Of a stretch of 53,970 nt of DNA, positions 36,109 to 45,415 are shown piece by piece (the stretch's first letter is position 1; each line of letters starts with the position of its first letter). The notes under the pieces were generated by a model. The model did not search any database, had not been told where the DNA came from, and was given only the letters and a program-made list of their open reading frames with translations. Source of the stretch: a virus. Taxonomy: Duplodnaviria; Caudoviricetes. The position numbers and the translations under genes are program-made. The stretch spans positions 1 to 53,970 of IMG/VR virus record IMGVR_UViG_3300025872_000072; one strand, written 5' to 3'.

Positions 36109-36900
36109 TTATAGCTGAACTCGTGGAACCCACCATGTCGTCCGTCCGTCCTTCGTCTCCTGGCAGACGACATCATCACCATTTGGATCTCGCTTTCGAC
36201 CGTAGACCAGCATTGAGTGCTTGCCCTCCTTGCCATCGAATCCCTTGTATGTGAGGATTGTTGAACCGCCGTTGAGATAGGCAGTTCGGATGACATCACT
36301 CACGGATTCACTAAGAAGCGTGAGCTGCTCATCTGTTGAATCCCCTACCTTTCGCCAAGGGCTCAGCTTTGCCAACCAAAGCGAGTCAGCCTTCAGGTAA
36401 TTCCCGACACCGGAGACAACGCCCTGGTTCATGAGAACCTCTGCTAGGGTTGCATCAGGATGCTTGCGAAGCCTCTCGATGAATGTACTGGGCTTCACGT
36501 TCTCGTTGAGCATGTCAGGACCAAGGGATGCCAACTTCAGCTTCAGGTCCTTTCGATTACAGAACTTCACAGTTCCAAAGTTGCGAGGATCATTGAAGTA
36601 GAGGTCACCCACAGATGTCTCAAACTTCACTCTAGCATGACGAGGAACATTCGACCAGGCTCCGGACATTCCAAGTGTGTTGAAGATGACAACATCAGCG
36701 TTCTTGAAAGTCCAGTAGATGAACTTGCCCTTGCAACCAACGCTCTCAACAGTTAGGGGAAACTGTGTGCTTGTAAGACCCTCAATCGGCTTCTTAGTGT
36801 AGCGACCGGACAACGGAGTTACTGATTGCAGTAGGTCACCCTCGGTAAGAAAGTTGTTGATGGAACGAACAAAGTTAGTGACTTCCGGACCCTCAGGCAT
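36109..36900 (-). CDS. Fpg/Nei DNA glycosylase (zincless finger)
   Basis: MPEGPEV, GKF, LGMSG, DPRNFG, LGPD, GVGNY, GRTTWW. No Cys4 finger. Confidence 0.93.
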   Translation of the reverse strand: MPEGPEVTNFVRSINNFLTEGDLLQSVTPLSGRYTKKPIEGLTSTQFPLTVESVGCKGKFIYWTFKNADVVIFNTLGMSGAWSNVPRHARVKFETSVGDLYFNDPRNFGTVKFCNRKDLKLKLASLGPDMLNENVKPSTFIERLRKHPDATLAEVLMNQGVVSGVGNYLKADSLWLAKLSPWRKVGDSTDEQLTLLSESVSDVIRTAYLNGGSTILTYKGFDGKEGKHSMLVYGRKRDPNGDDVVCQETKDGRTTWWVPRVQL

Positions 36901-37336
36901 GTACAGTCTCCTCTCGATACAGGTTCTTCAGATGATCGTGATAAGCGTTCAAGGCATGGTCCTTGGGGTGAACATTACGCCAATCACCAAGGATGAAGAT
37001 TCGATAGGCGTCCGAGGCATACTTGCCGACACCATGAAGCTCATTCACATCCTTCCACTGTGCGGAATGGAATTGTGCAGACATTCGCTTCAGTGTCTGA
37101 GTTCGCTTCTTCTGCATCCCAAGAGTCTTGATGGTCTCCTCGAGGTCGGCATCATTTGCCTGTGATAGGGCAAGAGCGTTAGGCCATTTCTGGAACAGAA
37201 CTTCAACGACAGGTTCCATCTGCTTCCTTGTCGTCAGATTAAGACACAGGCAACAGACGAGTATCTTCCACTCGTCTGGCCAGTACTTTTCCTGGATGAG
37301 ACCGAACTTGGGGGGATGCCACACGTTTGCCTCCAT
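36893..37336 (-). CDS. MBD4-like HhH-GPD mismatch DNA glycosylase (catalytic domain only)
   Basis: LIQE..W..W, LNLT, ELHGVGKYASDAYRIF, W..VHPKDHALN.YH closely follow the MBD4 glycosylase domain. Confidence 0.88.
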   Translation of the reverse strand: MEANVWHPPKFGLIQEKYWPDEWKILVCCLCLNLTTRKQMEPVVEVLFQKWPNALALSQANDADLEETIKTLGMQKKRTQTLKRMSAQFHSAQWKDVNELHGVGKYASDAYRIFILGDWRNVHPKDHALNAYHDHLKNLYREETVHA

Positions 37337-37370
37337 ATTGGAATGGTAATAGCAAACAATGAGTTTACAA
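37325..37370 (-). promoter_or_regulatory. Promoter TTGTAA-N16-TACCAT with a weak start-covering hairpin
   Basis: GTTTGCT/GGCAAAC stem pairs the spacer with early codons. Confidence 0.55.
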
Positions 37371-38150
37371 TCAGTAAGGAGTTCCGTGTCTCACGTGTCC
37401 CATGATTTCGTCAATGATTCCCGCAGTCTCATCGTGGTCACTTACGCTGTATGCACGATCATGATTCTTGAGGGCTTCATAGATCTCATAGTCGTTTCCA
37501 TTTGCCTGACACCTGTCTCCCACAAACCAGACTGTTTCATCTGGAAAGTGATTGAGAGCGTATGTCTTGTCCCAGCCTACCGGGTAGATATCGAATGAGG
37601 TAGATCCACCAAGCTTTGCAACAAGCGGAGTTCTAATCGTCATGAGACGAAGCTTCAACAGGGAAAGGATGCCAAGTCTGAAGTCATTTCTTGCATCGAA
37701 ACTCTCAAACCAGGTCCTGCTTGAGCGATCTGCTTCCCTGCCAATTGGACACCAGTTGACCATTGAGCTCCGTGAGGAAACAAAGTTTCCAGTCAGGGGA
37801 AGGTCTCGAACGTTCTCCATGACCTCACGCTGCATGGTATTGAGAATGAGGTGAAGGTCACGCCACTCCTGTCCCAGGTGATTCATCATAGACTTGGGGA
37901 CCGCCTGGGCCTGCCAGTGACCATTGACAAGTTTCCAGTGTTCAGTGCCATTGCACGGCAATGCTTCCACGCCATGCTCAAATGCCTCAAGCGGAACCTG
38001 CTCCTTGACATAGTCGAGTGCAGAACCTGTCACAATTCCAACCCTTGCAAAGGCAGAGAGTTCAGTAAGCTTCTGTAAGTTCTTTTGAGTGATTCCCTGA
38101 CGCGGTGGTGTCAAAGTTCCATCAAGATCAAAGAGTACAACGTCTCGCAT
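37371..38150 (-). CDS. Eukaryotic-type (HAD IIB) phosphomannomutase
   Basis: FDLDGTLT, R..MVNWCPIGR, GGSTSFDIYP.GWDKTY, GD....GNDYEIY. Confidence 0.9.
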   Translation of the reverse strand: MRDVVLFDLDGTLTPPRQGITQKNLQKLTELSAFARVGIVTGSALDYVKEQVPLEAFEHGVEALPCNGTEHWKLVNGHWQAQAVPKSMMNHLGQEWRDLHLILNTMQREVMENVRDLPLTGNFVSSRSSMVNWCPIGREADRSSRTWFESFDARNDFRLGILSLLKLRLMTIRTPLVAKLGGSTSFDIYPVGWDKTYALNHFPDETVWFVGDRCQANGNDYEIYEALKNHDRAYSVSDHDETAGIIDEIMGHVRHGTPY

Positions 38151-38782
38151 TAGTATCCAAATGCCTCAATCGTATGTTTGAAAGGATTGCCGTCAATGTT
38201 CCTAACGAGATCCAGCATCTTCTCTGCAAGTTCCCTAACTTCGGTCTGGGCATCAGGCTTCATGCGCAGGCCGAGAAAGTGATTGAAAGATCGCCAGTTG
38301 AACATGACGTCCATTGTAATCTGATTCCCATAGGGTAGGTAGAACCTGGCAGACTCCTTGGCACGCTTACGATCCATTCCGCTGTCGACAAGCCGTTGAA
38401 GGGTTTCGTGATAACGCATGAGTGCGTCCTCCATGAAAGCAACATACTTTGCCTTCTCAGTGAGGGGCCAGTCCTGGGGGACATAGTATTTGTCGTCCTT
38501 AAGTTCTTTATAGCGTGCAGATTCACCGTTGATCGAGACACCAATACGGTGTTTCAAGAGATGAATATGGACACTCGTGTCAACAGTTACAAGAAAGTGA
38601 AGGCTTGACTTCTCAAAAACGGTGTGATGTCCCTGTTCAGCAAGCATCTTGAGAAGTTGCGAGATCCTATTTTTCTTTTCATCGTTCAAATCACGAGAGG
38701 TCGATGTCCAAGCTGACAATGCGTGTGTTTCATCTGAGCCATACCATCCGATGAGCTCTACTTTATTCTCCTGACACGACAT
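38150..38782 (-). CDS. thyX: Flavin-dependent thymidylate synthase
   Basis: GHHTVFE, KHRIGVSINGESARY, ESARFYLP, NWRSFNHFL.LR, AQTEVR. Confidence 0.92.
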   Translation of the reverse strand: MSCQENKVELIGWYGSDETHALSAWTSTSRDLNDEKKNRISQLLKMLAEQGHHTVFEKSSLHFLVTVDTSVHIHLLKHRIGVSINGESARYKELKDDKYYVPQDWPLTEKAKYVAFMEDALMRYHETLQRLVDSGMDRKRAKESARFYLPYGNQITMDVMFNWRSFNHFLGLRMKPDAQTEVRELAEKMLDLVRNIDGNPFKHTIEAFGY

Positions 38783-39524
38783 GTTTTATCCTCCACCCGT
38801 TGATAGTTCTGTCTTTGTTCACAATTCTTTTGATTGAAGAACCTGATATCTTGAACCTGTGATTTGCAAGAATCATGCACAATCGATTCACAGATTCAGC
38901 AGTCACGGTTTCTCCGGTTGCCTCATGGGTTGCAATGCAAGATTTTGCATTGTGTGTAATCTCCCCTTTGGCATGTCCTTTGCATCGAGGATCTCCACTC
39001 ATGCCCTTGTTCCACCTTTCTTTTTCGAGCATGTTTTTCATTCTTGCTCTTTTGTGCTCTTCATCCTCGACTTTCCCATAATTCGGATTTTTGTCACCTC
39101 TTCTGGACTCTGACATCATACTTCTCCATGCCATTCCAGCCTCGGATGCAAGCCACTCTTTGCGTTTTTCACCCATCTTCTTTCGAGTTTCATCAGTGCC
39201 AGTCCAACCTTCTCCACCATCAGTGAGATTACAAAGAGACTCACGAAACTCTGCTATTAGAGACTTTTCACGTGCATATGCATCATTCTCTTCTTCGAAT
39301 CTCTCTACTATCTCTACAAGAGGTTCGTGACCACAGTCCCAGATCTTTGAGATCAATCTGAGTAGGTGAAAATTATGAGAACCGCAATTTGTCGGCTTGC
39401 CTCTTTTTACCCATGTTCTTGCACGATACAAGTGAACCTTTGATCTGTTCCCTTGCCCCTTTCCGATGTAGAAAACCCTTTCATTTGTAGGATCAACGTA
39501 TCTGTAGACATACCACACAATCAC
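38763..39524 (-). CDS. Free-standing GIY-YIG (LEM-3-like) homing endonuclease with NUMOD3-like segments
   Basis: YVY..VDP....FYIGKG...R...H, E....E..LI, L.NLTDGGEG, KNPNYGK. AT-rich. Confidence 0.85.
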   Translation of the reverse strand: MIVWYVYRYVDPTNERVFYIGKGQGNRSKVHLYRARTWVKRGKPTNCGSHNFHLLRLISKIWDCGHEPLVEIVERFEEENDAYAREKSLIAEFRESLCNLTDGGEGWTGTDETRKKMGEKRKEWLASEAGMAWRSMMSESRRGDKNPNYGKVEDEEHKRARMKNMLEKERWNKGMSGDPRCKGHAKGEITHNAKSCIATHEATGETVTAESVNRLCMILANHRFKISGSSIKRIVNKDRTINGWRIKHVVSGE

Positions 39525-39554
39525 CTCCTCTAATAGGTATTAGGTGAATGTGTG
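39514..39554 (-). promoter_or_regulatory. RBS/start-sequestering hairpin with late-like ATACCTA in the loop
   Basis: On the mRNA strand CACACATTCACCT pairs with AGGTGATTGTGTG (12/13), covering the start region and part of the SD. Confidence 0.75.
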
Positions 39555-39557
39555 TTG

Positions 39558-39722
39558 TTATGTCTCATGTCCATGTTCAGCTAGCATTCTCAGAAGGGAA
39601 GGAATTCTCATTGCCTTCTCCTCTGTGAGGTCCCGGCTCGTGCTTGTCCACGCCGATAGAGCATGGACCTCGTCCGAACCGTACCAACCCACTAATTCTA
39701 CCGTGTTGTCCTGACAGGGCAT
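39558..39722 (-). pseudogene. thyX: Truncated 5' fragment of thyX (54 codons)
   Basis: 40/54 aa identical to the N-terminus of 38150..38782. It stops at GHET-TAA just before the endonuclease. Confidence 0.85.
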
Positions 39723-39927
39723 TTCTGATCCTGTGTCTAGCATGTTTGTCCCAAACTATCTCGAAACCCCACTGGAGGATTGTGAGTGTGGAACCTGTCA
39801 AAAGAACTATACCTGCAGAGTCAGCAACGTTACTTGTGAAGAAGAACGCTACGGCAAAGCTGTAGCACATGGAGAACAACCTCCATGCTACAACCTTGCT
39901 TAGCAGTTCTATCTTTGCAGGCTTCAC
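39577..39927 (-). CDS. DUF2061-like small membrane protein
   Basis: K...WR...F..T....A.............E..W pattern. The C-terminal tail overlaps the thyX fragment. Confidence 0.55.
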   Translation of the reverse strand: MKPAKIELLSKVVAWRLFSMCYSFAVAFFFTSNVADSAGIVLLTGSTLTILQWGFEIVWDKHARHRIRNALSGQHGRISGLVRFGRGPCSIGVDKHEPGPHRGEGNENSFPSENAS

Positions 39928-40530
39928 TTAGTCCAGAATGTAGTTGAGGTCGATCTTGCAGGTGAGAGTTGGGATACGAAGCTCATTCGCAAGGTTGTGA
40001 CCCTTTGCATCGTTGGCATCCAAGTACCAGTCGGCATGTCCACGCTCATGAACCATCTTCAGGAAGTAGTCCGAGGGCTTGCCACAGTTACGTGCCATCA
40101 TCTCGTAGACCTTCTTGTTGAGGCGCTCGACCTCCTTCGCGTCGGCCTTGATCTCCTCGACCTTACCCCAGGCTCCACTGGAGACGTCGTGGATCATGAG
40201 AGTGGCATCTGGGTCCATGTAGCGCTTGCCCTCGGCACCAAAGCTGAAGAGGATTGCCCCACAGCTCATAGCCTTGCCCTCAATGATGGTCGCGACTGGA
40301 ACCCGTGAGGCCTTGATCGCAGCGATCATTGCCATGAGAGAGTAGACCTGACCACCGTATGAGTCGATGACGATGGGAATCACCGTCTGGCCGGTGTTCT
40401 GTGCACGGCTCATTGCATCCGTGAACTCCTTGGCCGACTCCTCGTCGAACTTGTTGACACGGATGATGATGGGGTCGACCCGGAGCTCGACTGCCTTGAT
40501 GTGATGAGAAACGTCTGCGATGAAGTTCAT
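39928..40530 (-). CDS. clpP: ClpP-like protease
   Basis: IDSYGG.V, AMSCGA (catalytic Ser), MIHD (His), DWYLDA. ATG at 40530 with GGAG SD. Confidence 0.88.
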   Translation of the reverse strand: MNFIADVSHHIKAVELRVDPIIIRVNKFDEESAKEFTDAMSRAQNTGQTVIPIVIDSYGGQVYSLMAMIAAIKASRVPVATIIEGKAMSCGAILFSFGAEGKRYMDPDATLMIHDVSSGAWGKVEEIKADAKEVERLNKKVYEMMARNCGKPSDYFLKMVHERGHADWYLDANDAKGHNLANELRIPTLTCKIDLNYILD

Positions 40531-40582
40531 TGCATACTCCGGTTGTGTTAGATTGCGAATTGCCTTTTCGAAGTCTTCTTCT

Positions 40583-43075
40583 TCACTTGCACTTGGAGAA
40601 GCCGCACGCCTTGCAGGAGAGGCAGCCCTCCTGGTAGACGAGCTCGGAATTACCACACTCAGGGCATCCCTTTTCGGTTGACTTTGTACCATCCTTGATG
40701 TACCCCTTGAGAACTCTTGCGATTACCCTGGCGAATGAGAACATGTCACTGTTCTTGTCCTTCTGTAGTTGCTCTACGACGTAGTGGAGAGGGACCTCGT
40801 GACGAAGCGCAAGCGATACTGTCCTCGAGAAGGCTCCCTGTGTGGGATTGTCGAAGAGGTTGACGACGTCCTTGAAGACGAGGTTCTCATCGTCACCGAC
40901 CGGAACGAGGAGATTGTATGTTGCAACTCCATCACGCTTACCATTTTTAACCAACGTGCCTGACTTGTATCGCTTGGGAATCTCAATGTTCTCAGGAATT
41001 CCACAGAACACCTCATAGGGCTTTCCTTCATTGAGACCGACAAGGACGAGCCAGGAATCGGTGTTTTCACCGTTGCGGACGTTGGCACGATGTATGTCAC
41101 AGTGAAGAGACTTGGGGCGCTTTGGTGTAAGACGACCGTCGTCTGCCTTCTTCTCCTTCTTCGGCTCATCGTTGGAGACAAGTACGCCTGTCCTGCATCC
41201 GTCACGGTAGACTGTGAATCCCTTGCAGCCTGTCTTCCAGGCCTTCAGGTAGACGTTGTTGACAGTCTCCTTTGTTGCAGAGTTGGGAAGGTTACATGTC
41301 TTGGAGATGGAGTGGTCGATCCACTGCTGTGCAGCAGCCTGGATGTCGACTGACTTCTCCCAATCGATGTCATTGGCAGTGCCACCCCAGTATGGGCTCT
41401 CCTGTGGATCAGTCTTGCCGGTGATGTCCATCCACTTCTTGAACCAGTGATGATAGACAGTGTACTCCTGCCACTTGTCGCCCATCGGATCCACGAAATC
41501 GACCCGGGATGTGAGGTCTCCCTGAGTGATCTTACGACGGCGCTTGTACGAGAGAAGGAAGGCGGGCTCAATACCGGATGTCGTGCGAGTGAGACATGAA
41601 ACAGAACCGACCGGTGCAGTTGTAGTGAGCGCGATATTTCGGCGTCCAGTGCTCTTCCACATGTCGTGGTATGGACCATTGCATGCGTTGATCACCTTCT
41701 TCAGGTATGTGTGGTTCTTCTCCTTCTCGAAGTCAAAGACCGGGAAGGCACCACGCTCCTTGGCCATGATGAGTGAAGAACGGTGAGCACCCACAGCAAG
41801 AGCCTTGTAGATCTCCTCAGTCACAGTGACAGAGCAATCACTTCCATACTTGATGTTCATTGCAGCCAGGGCATCACCAAGACCCGTGACACCAAGGCCA
41901 GTCCTTCGACCATTGAGGCCCGCAGAGCGAATCTTTTCCCAAAGGTCCCTCTCAATCTTCTTGACATGGAACGGCTGTGGGTCCCTATCAATCTTCTCAA
42001 GAATCCGATCGACACACTCTACCTCAAGATCGACAAGATCATCCATCAGGCGCTGGGCCTTCATGACCACATCATTGAATCGACCGAAGTCGAAGGTTGG
42101 ATTGTCGCTGAATGGATTGTTGACGAATGAGGTGAGATTGACAACCATCAGTCGGCAGGAGTCGTACGGGCTTAGTGGAATCTCGCCACAGGGATTCGTC
42201 GAGATCGTCTTGTAGCCGACGTCACGGTAGCAGTCTACGATTCCCTCGCGGGTAATTGTATCCCAGAAGAGAGCACCAGGCTCAGCCGAGGACCACGCAG
42301 CGTCCACGAACTTCTCCCAGATCTGTCTCGCATCGACCATCTTGACGATCTCAGCGTCCTCAGGATGGGCCTCCACAGGCCAGCGAAGACAGAAGCCGGT
42401 GTTGTTTTCCACGGCCTGCATGAACTCATCGGTGAATCGGATGGAGATGTTGGCACCGGTCACCTTCTTCAGGTCTCTCTTGATGTCGATGAAAGACTCG
42501 ATCTCAGGGTGACGACAGTCGATGGTGAGCATGAGAGCACCACGACGTCCACCCTGCGCAACCTCACGAGTGGAGTTGGAGAACCTCTCCATGAAGACGC
42601 CGATACCATCGGTGGTTCGGGCAGCGTTGGTGGTTGGCTGACCCTTTGGTCGAATGGTAGAGACATCGAATCCGACTCCGCCACGTCTCTTCATGATCTG
42701 GACCTGCTCCTGGTCAGTGAAGAGAATGCCACCGTATGAATCATGAGGCTGTTCCACAACGAAACAGTTTGACAGGCTCTGTAGTTGGTAGTAGTTTCCT
42801 ATACCAGACATCGGAGAACCCTGAGGGACTACGTCCCTGAAGCCCTTCAGAAGCTCATAGATCTCATCTTCACCCATTGCATTGGGATACTTCGCTTCGA
42901 TACGAGCGAACTCCCTCGCAAGACGACGATGCATCTGGTTGGGATTGGTCTCCAAGAGGTCATCATTGGAGTCGCGAAGCGCATACTTCATGAAAACATC
43001 GGGAGCAAGTTCATCTCCCTCGAAGTATGTCGAGGTCTCCCTCAAAGCAATCTGCCTTGTTACGTCATTCATCAC
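40583..43075 (-). CDS. nrdJ: Class II (B12-dependent) ribonucleotide reductase
   Basis: SNCFV, RRGALM, TNPCGEIPL, APVGS, SISKT.NLP, VYRDGCR, C-terminal Zn ribbon. No nrdB in the window. Confidence 0.92.
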   Translation of the reverse strand: MMNDVTRQIALRETSTYFEGDELAPDVFMKYALRDSNDDLLETNPNQMHRRLAREFARIEAKYPNAMGEDEIYELLKGFRDVVPQGSPMSGIGNYYQLQSLSNCFVVEQPHDSYGGILFTDQEQVQIMKRRGGVGFDVSTIRPKGQPTTNAARTTDGIGVFMERFSNSTREVAQGGRRGALMLTIDCRHPEIESFIDIKRDLKKVTGANISIRFTDEFMQAVENNTGFCLRWPVEAHPEDAEIVKMVDARQIWEKFVDAAWSSAEPGALFWDTITREGIVDCYRDVGYKTISTNPCGEIPLSPYDSCRLMVVNLTSFVNNPFSDNPTFDFGRFNDVVMKAQRLMDDLVDLEVECVDRILEKIDRDPQPFHVKKIERDLWEKIRSAGLNGRRTGLGVTGLGDALAAMNIKYGSDCSVTVTEEIYKALAVGAHRSSLIMAKERGAFPVFDFEKEKNHTYLKKVINACNGPYHDMWKSTGRRNIALTTTAPVGSVSCLTRTTSGIEPAFLLSYKRRRKITQGDLTSRVDFVDPMGDKWQEYTVYHHWFKKWMDITGKTDPQESPYWGGTANDIDWEKSVDIQAAAQQWIDHSISKTCNLPNSATKETVNNVYLKAWKTGCKGFTVYRDGCRTGVLVSNDEPKKEKKADDGRLTPKRPKSLHCDIHRANVRNGENTDSWLVLVGLNEGKPYEVFCGIPENIEIPKRYKSGTLVKNGKRDGVATYNLLVPVGDDENLVFKDVVNLFDNPTQGAFSRTVSLALRHEVPLHYVVEQLQKDKNSDMFSFARVIARVLKGYIKDGTKSTEKGCPECGNSELVYQEGCLSCKACGFSKCK

Positions 43076-44454
43076 TTAGCTCCCATAACTTGGTTCCACT
43101 TATCGCGTAACACTTTCTTACGATCACTCTCATCCTGCTCGATACTCTCTTGAAGGGTGAGACTGTTCTCATCAAGAATCTGTATCTTAGATCGAGATGT
43201 GTCGATGTGTACTGGGAAGAGAATTCCGTCACGACCTGCTCGATTCTTTGCAACAAAGAGTCGGCCTGCACCTGTTGCCTTCTCAGTCGGCTTTCGTGAG
43301 ATTGAAAGGACCACATCAGCAACCATTGCCTTGCCATAGGACTCGCTCATGTTCTCAAGGCCAACGACATCCGCTGCCGAGGCATCTCGATTTGCCTGTG
43401 ATGCAGTCCATACAGGAATACTACGTTCCATTGCAAGGTTTCGCAGGTCCTCATAGATGAGCTTCAGCTCCATTCGAAGAGCATCATACTCTCGACTTGA
43501 ACGCATGATGTCAGCGTAGTCAATGACAATGACGTTCGGAACGAAGCCTCGAAGCGCCAGCTTCTCAAGGTGATTACGAATAGTCGCTACCGAGCAGCTT
43601 CCGGTCGGATACTCCTTGATGATGAGCTTGCCAAGTTCCATCTCCTTGTACTTGTCCAAGACTTCCTGCTTTGAGTCCTGAATCTCGTTGGAGGGGATGT
43701 TCGTTAGATTGGAATCATACCGAATGCCGACGGCAGTTTCTGTGAGCTCAAACGTGTAGTGAAGGACGTTCTTTCCCATTCGAAGTGCATGTGCACCGAT
43801 CATTACAAGGAAGTGAGACTTACCCACACCGGTTGGCGCAACAACCACACCAAGCTCGCCCCTTCCAAGGCCACCATTGAGAACAGTCTTCTCATCAATC
43901 TGGTCAAGACCTGTTGGACATGCAAGCCGATTGATCTTTACAAACCTTGCCTCCATGTCTTCAAAGAAGTCGTGCCCAACGGAAACGGGTAGGCCGACTG
44001 ACACAGCATTCTTCATCAGGTCAAGGACTGAATCATACTTGTCCTTTGAGATGAGCTCAACAGACTTCTCAAGCGCCTCCTTCATTGCCTGCTTTCGACA
44101 GAAGTCAAGGCTCTTCTCCTTGATGTACTCAAGATCACCGGAGTTGGGGTTGGAGCGCAGGCGGCTGAGGAACTCCACCACCTGTTCTCGAAGGACGGCA
44201 TTATTGTCTGCCTTGAGCTCGTCCTTGATGATGGAGACTAGGAGCTGCATCGTCGGGAAGCAGCGATACTTCTGGTGGTACTTGAAGTACTTGTCGCTGA
44301 GATACGCGAGGTAGCGCAGGTCGAAGTAATCCGGCTGCATCACCTCTGAGATCTGAGCAGCCCATTCGTGGTCGGTTAGCAACCCAGAAAAGATTCCTTC
44401 CTGAAAGTGCTTGCCATAAGACTTGAAGAGGGCCTCAGTTCCATTCTCTGACAT
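43072..44454 (-). CDS. dnaB: Replicative helicase (DnaB / T4 gp41-like)
   Basis: APTGVGKS, FEL, IKEYPTG, IDYAD, TASQANR, KNR.G. Confidence 0.92.
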   Translation of the reverse strand: MSENGTEALFKSYGKHFQEGIFSGLLTDHEWAAQISEVMQPDYFDLRYLAYLSDKYFKYHQKYRCFPTMQLLVSIIKDELKADNNAVLREQVVEFLSRLRSNPNSGDLEYIKEKSLDFCRKQAMKEALEKSVELISKDKYDSVLDLMKNAVSVGLPVSVGHDFFEDMEARFVKINRLACPTGLDQIDEKTVLNGGLGRGELGVVVAPTGVGKSHFLVMIGAHALRMGKNVLHYTFELTETAVGIRYDSNLTNIPSNEIQDSKQEVLDKYKEMELGKLIIKEYPTGSCSVATIRNHLEKLALRGFVPNVIVIDYADIMRSSREYDALRMELKLIYEDLRNLAMERSIPVWTASQANRDASAADVVGLENMSESYGKAMVADVVLSISRKPTEKATGAGRLFVAKNRAGRDGILFPVHIDTSRSKIQILDENSLTLQESIEQDESDRKKVLRDKWNQVMGAK

Positions 44455-44455
44455 T

Positions 44456-45412
44456 CTAGTTCCTGATGTTTGCGGTGATTTGTAGTATGAATCTATCAAC
44501 GTCAAAAGTTTTTACACCGTGACGAATCATTAGTCTCATGAGTTCCAACTTGTTGGAACGAGGAAGCTCAATATCGAATGAGGAGTTGAGCTTTGAAATT
44601 TGATTGCCACTGAGGTTTGATACGTCAAGGTGCATCAACTTCCAGTTTCTCTTTACGATATCAGCGTTCTGTGTGATCTCTTTGAGAGCCTTCAGGCGAT
44701 TTTTGCTTGGGTGAGCATTGGCAGCCTGCAAGACATCATCGACAGTAATGTCCCTATCTTCTGCCAACATTGGAAAGCGCTTGACAAGGGTTGTGATGCC
44801 TACGCCCTTGATTCCCTCAATTGAGTCCGAGGTGTCTCCTGCGAAACACCTTGCCACACAGACGTTCCTTGGGGGAACGCCAAATCGTTTGATGACATCC
44901 TCAACACAGACCAAACCCTTCAGTGTCGGAGACCAGATTCTTACCCTGTCACTGACCAACTGTGCATAGTCATGATCCGATGAAACGATTATAACTTTTC
45001 TGTCCCTGAGGGTGTGCCTTGCAAGGTATCCTATGATGTCGTCAGCCTCACAGTCCGTGATGTACAGTTGCCTGACTGGCACCTGTTTCAGACACGCAAC
45101 AAGGAACTTCAGTTGCCAGTTGTGATTCTCCACAGTGTCAGGAATGTCACCCTCATGAAACCTGTTCAGTTTCACAGGCTTTCTCCTGCTTTTGTACTGT
45201 GGGTAGATCTGACGTCTACGAGTTGAACCGCCACCTTCCCAAACGACTATGCACTCACTGGGAGAGTGAGCATCAACCAGTGCGCCGAGCGATTTCATGA
45301 AACCGATGGCCCCACCAACATGCTGGCCCTCGGCCATTAGTGGGTTCGCAATGAAGTTCCTGACAAATAGGTTGAAGCCGTCTACGACAAGTACGGGACC
45401 TTCACCTGACAT
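44456..45412 (-). CDS. 5'-3' exonuclease / RNase H (flap endonuclease)
   Basis: VDGFN, YKSRR, EADDII, SSDHD, GDTSDSIEGIKGVG. Confidence 0.92.
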   Translation of the reverse strand: MSGEGPVLVVDGFNLFVRNFIANPLMAEGQHVGGAIGFMKSLGALVDAHSPSECIVVWEGGGSTRRRQIYPQYKSRRKPVKLNRFHEGDIPDTVENHNWQLKFLVACLKQVPVRQLYITDCEADDIIGYLARHTLRDRKVIIVSSDHDYAQLVSDRVRIWSPTLKGLVCVEDVIKRFGVPPRNVCVARCFAGDTSDSIEGIKGVGITTLVKRFPMLAEDRDITVDDVLQAANAHPSKNRLKALKEITQNADIVKRNWKLMHLDVSNLSGNQISKLNSSFDIELPRSNKLELMRLMIRHGVKTFDVDRFILQITANIRN

Positions 45413-45415
45413 TGA

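Noticed and set aside
38620-39560. Group I intron in thyX carrying the GIY-YIG gene
   Set aside because: Only 33 nt separate the fragment from the endonuclease, and the endonuclease overlaps a complete thyX start, so there is no room for a ribozyme core and no need for splicing.
39577-39722. Deliberate dual-coding overlap between the DUF2061-like gene and the thyX fragment
   Set aside because: More simply a read-through tail running over a gene remnant; the membrane domain ends before the overlap.
18229-43075. Inteins in DnaE or NrdJ
   Set aside because: Lengths are normal and no C...HN-(C/S/T) splice junctions or LAGLIDADG blocks were seen.
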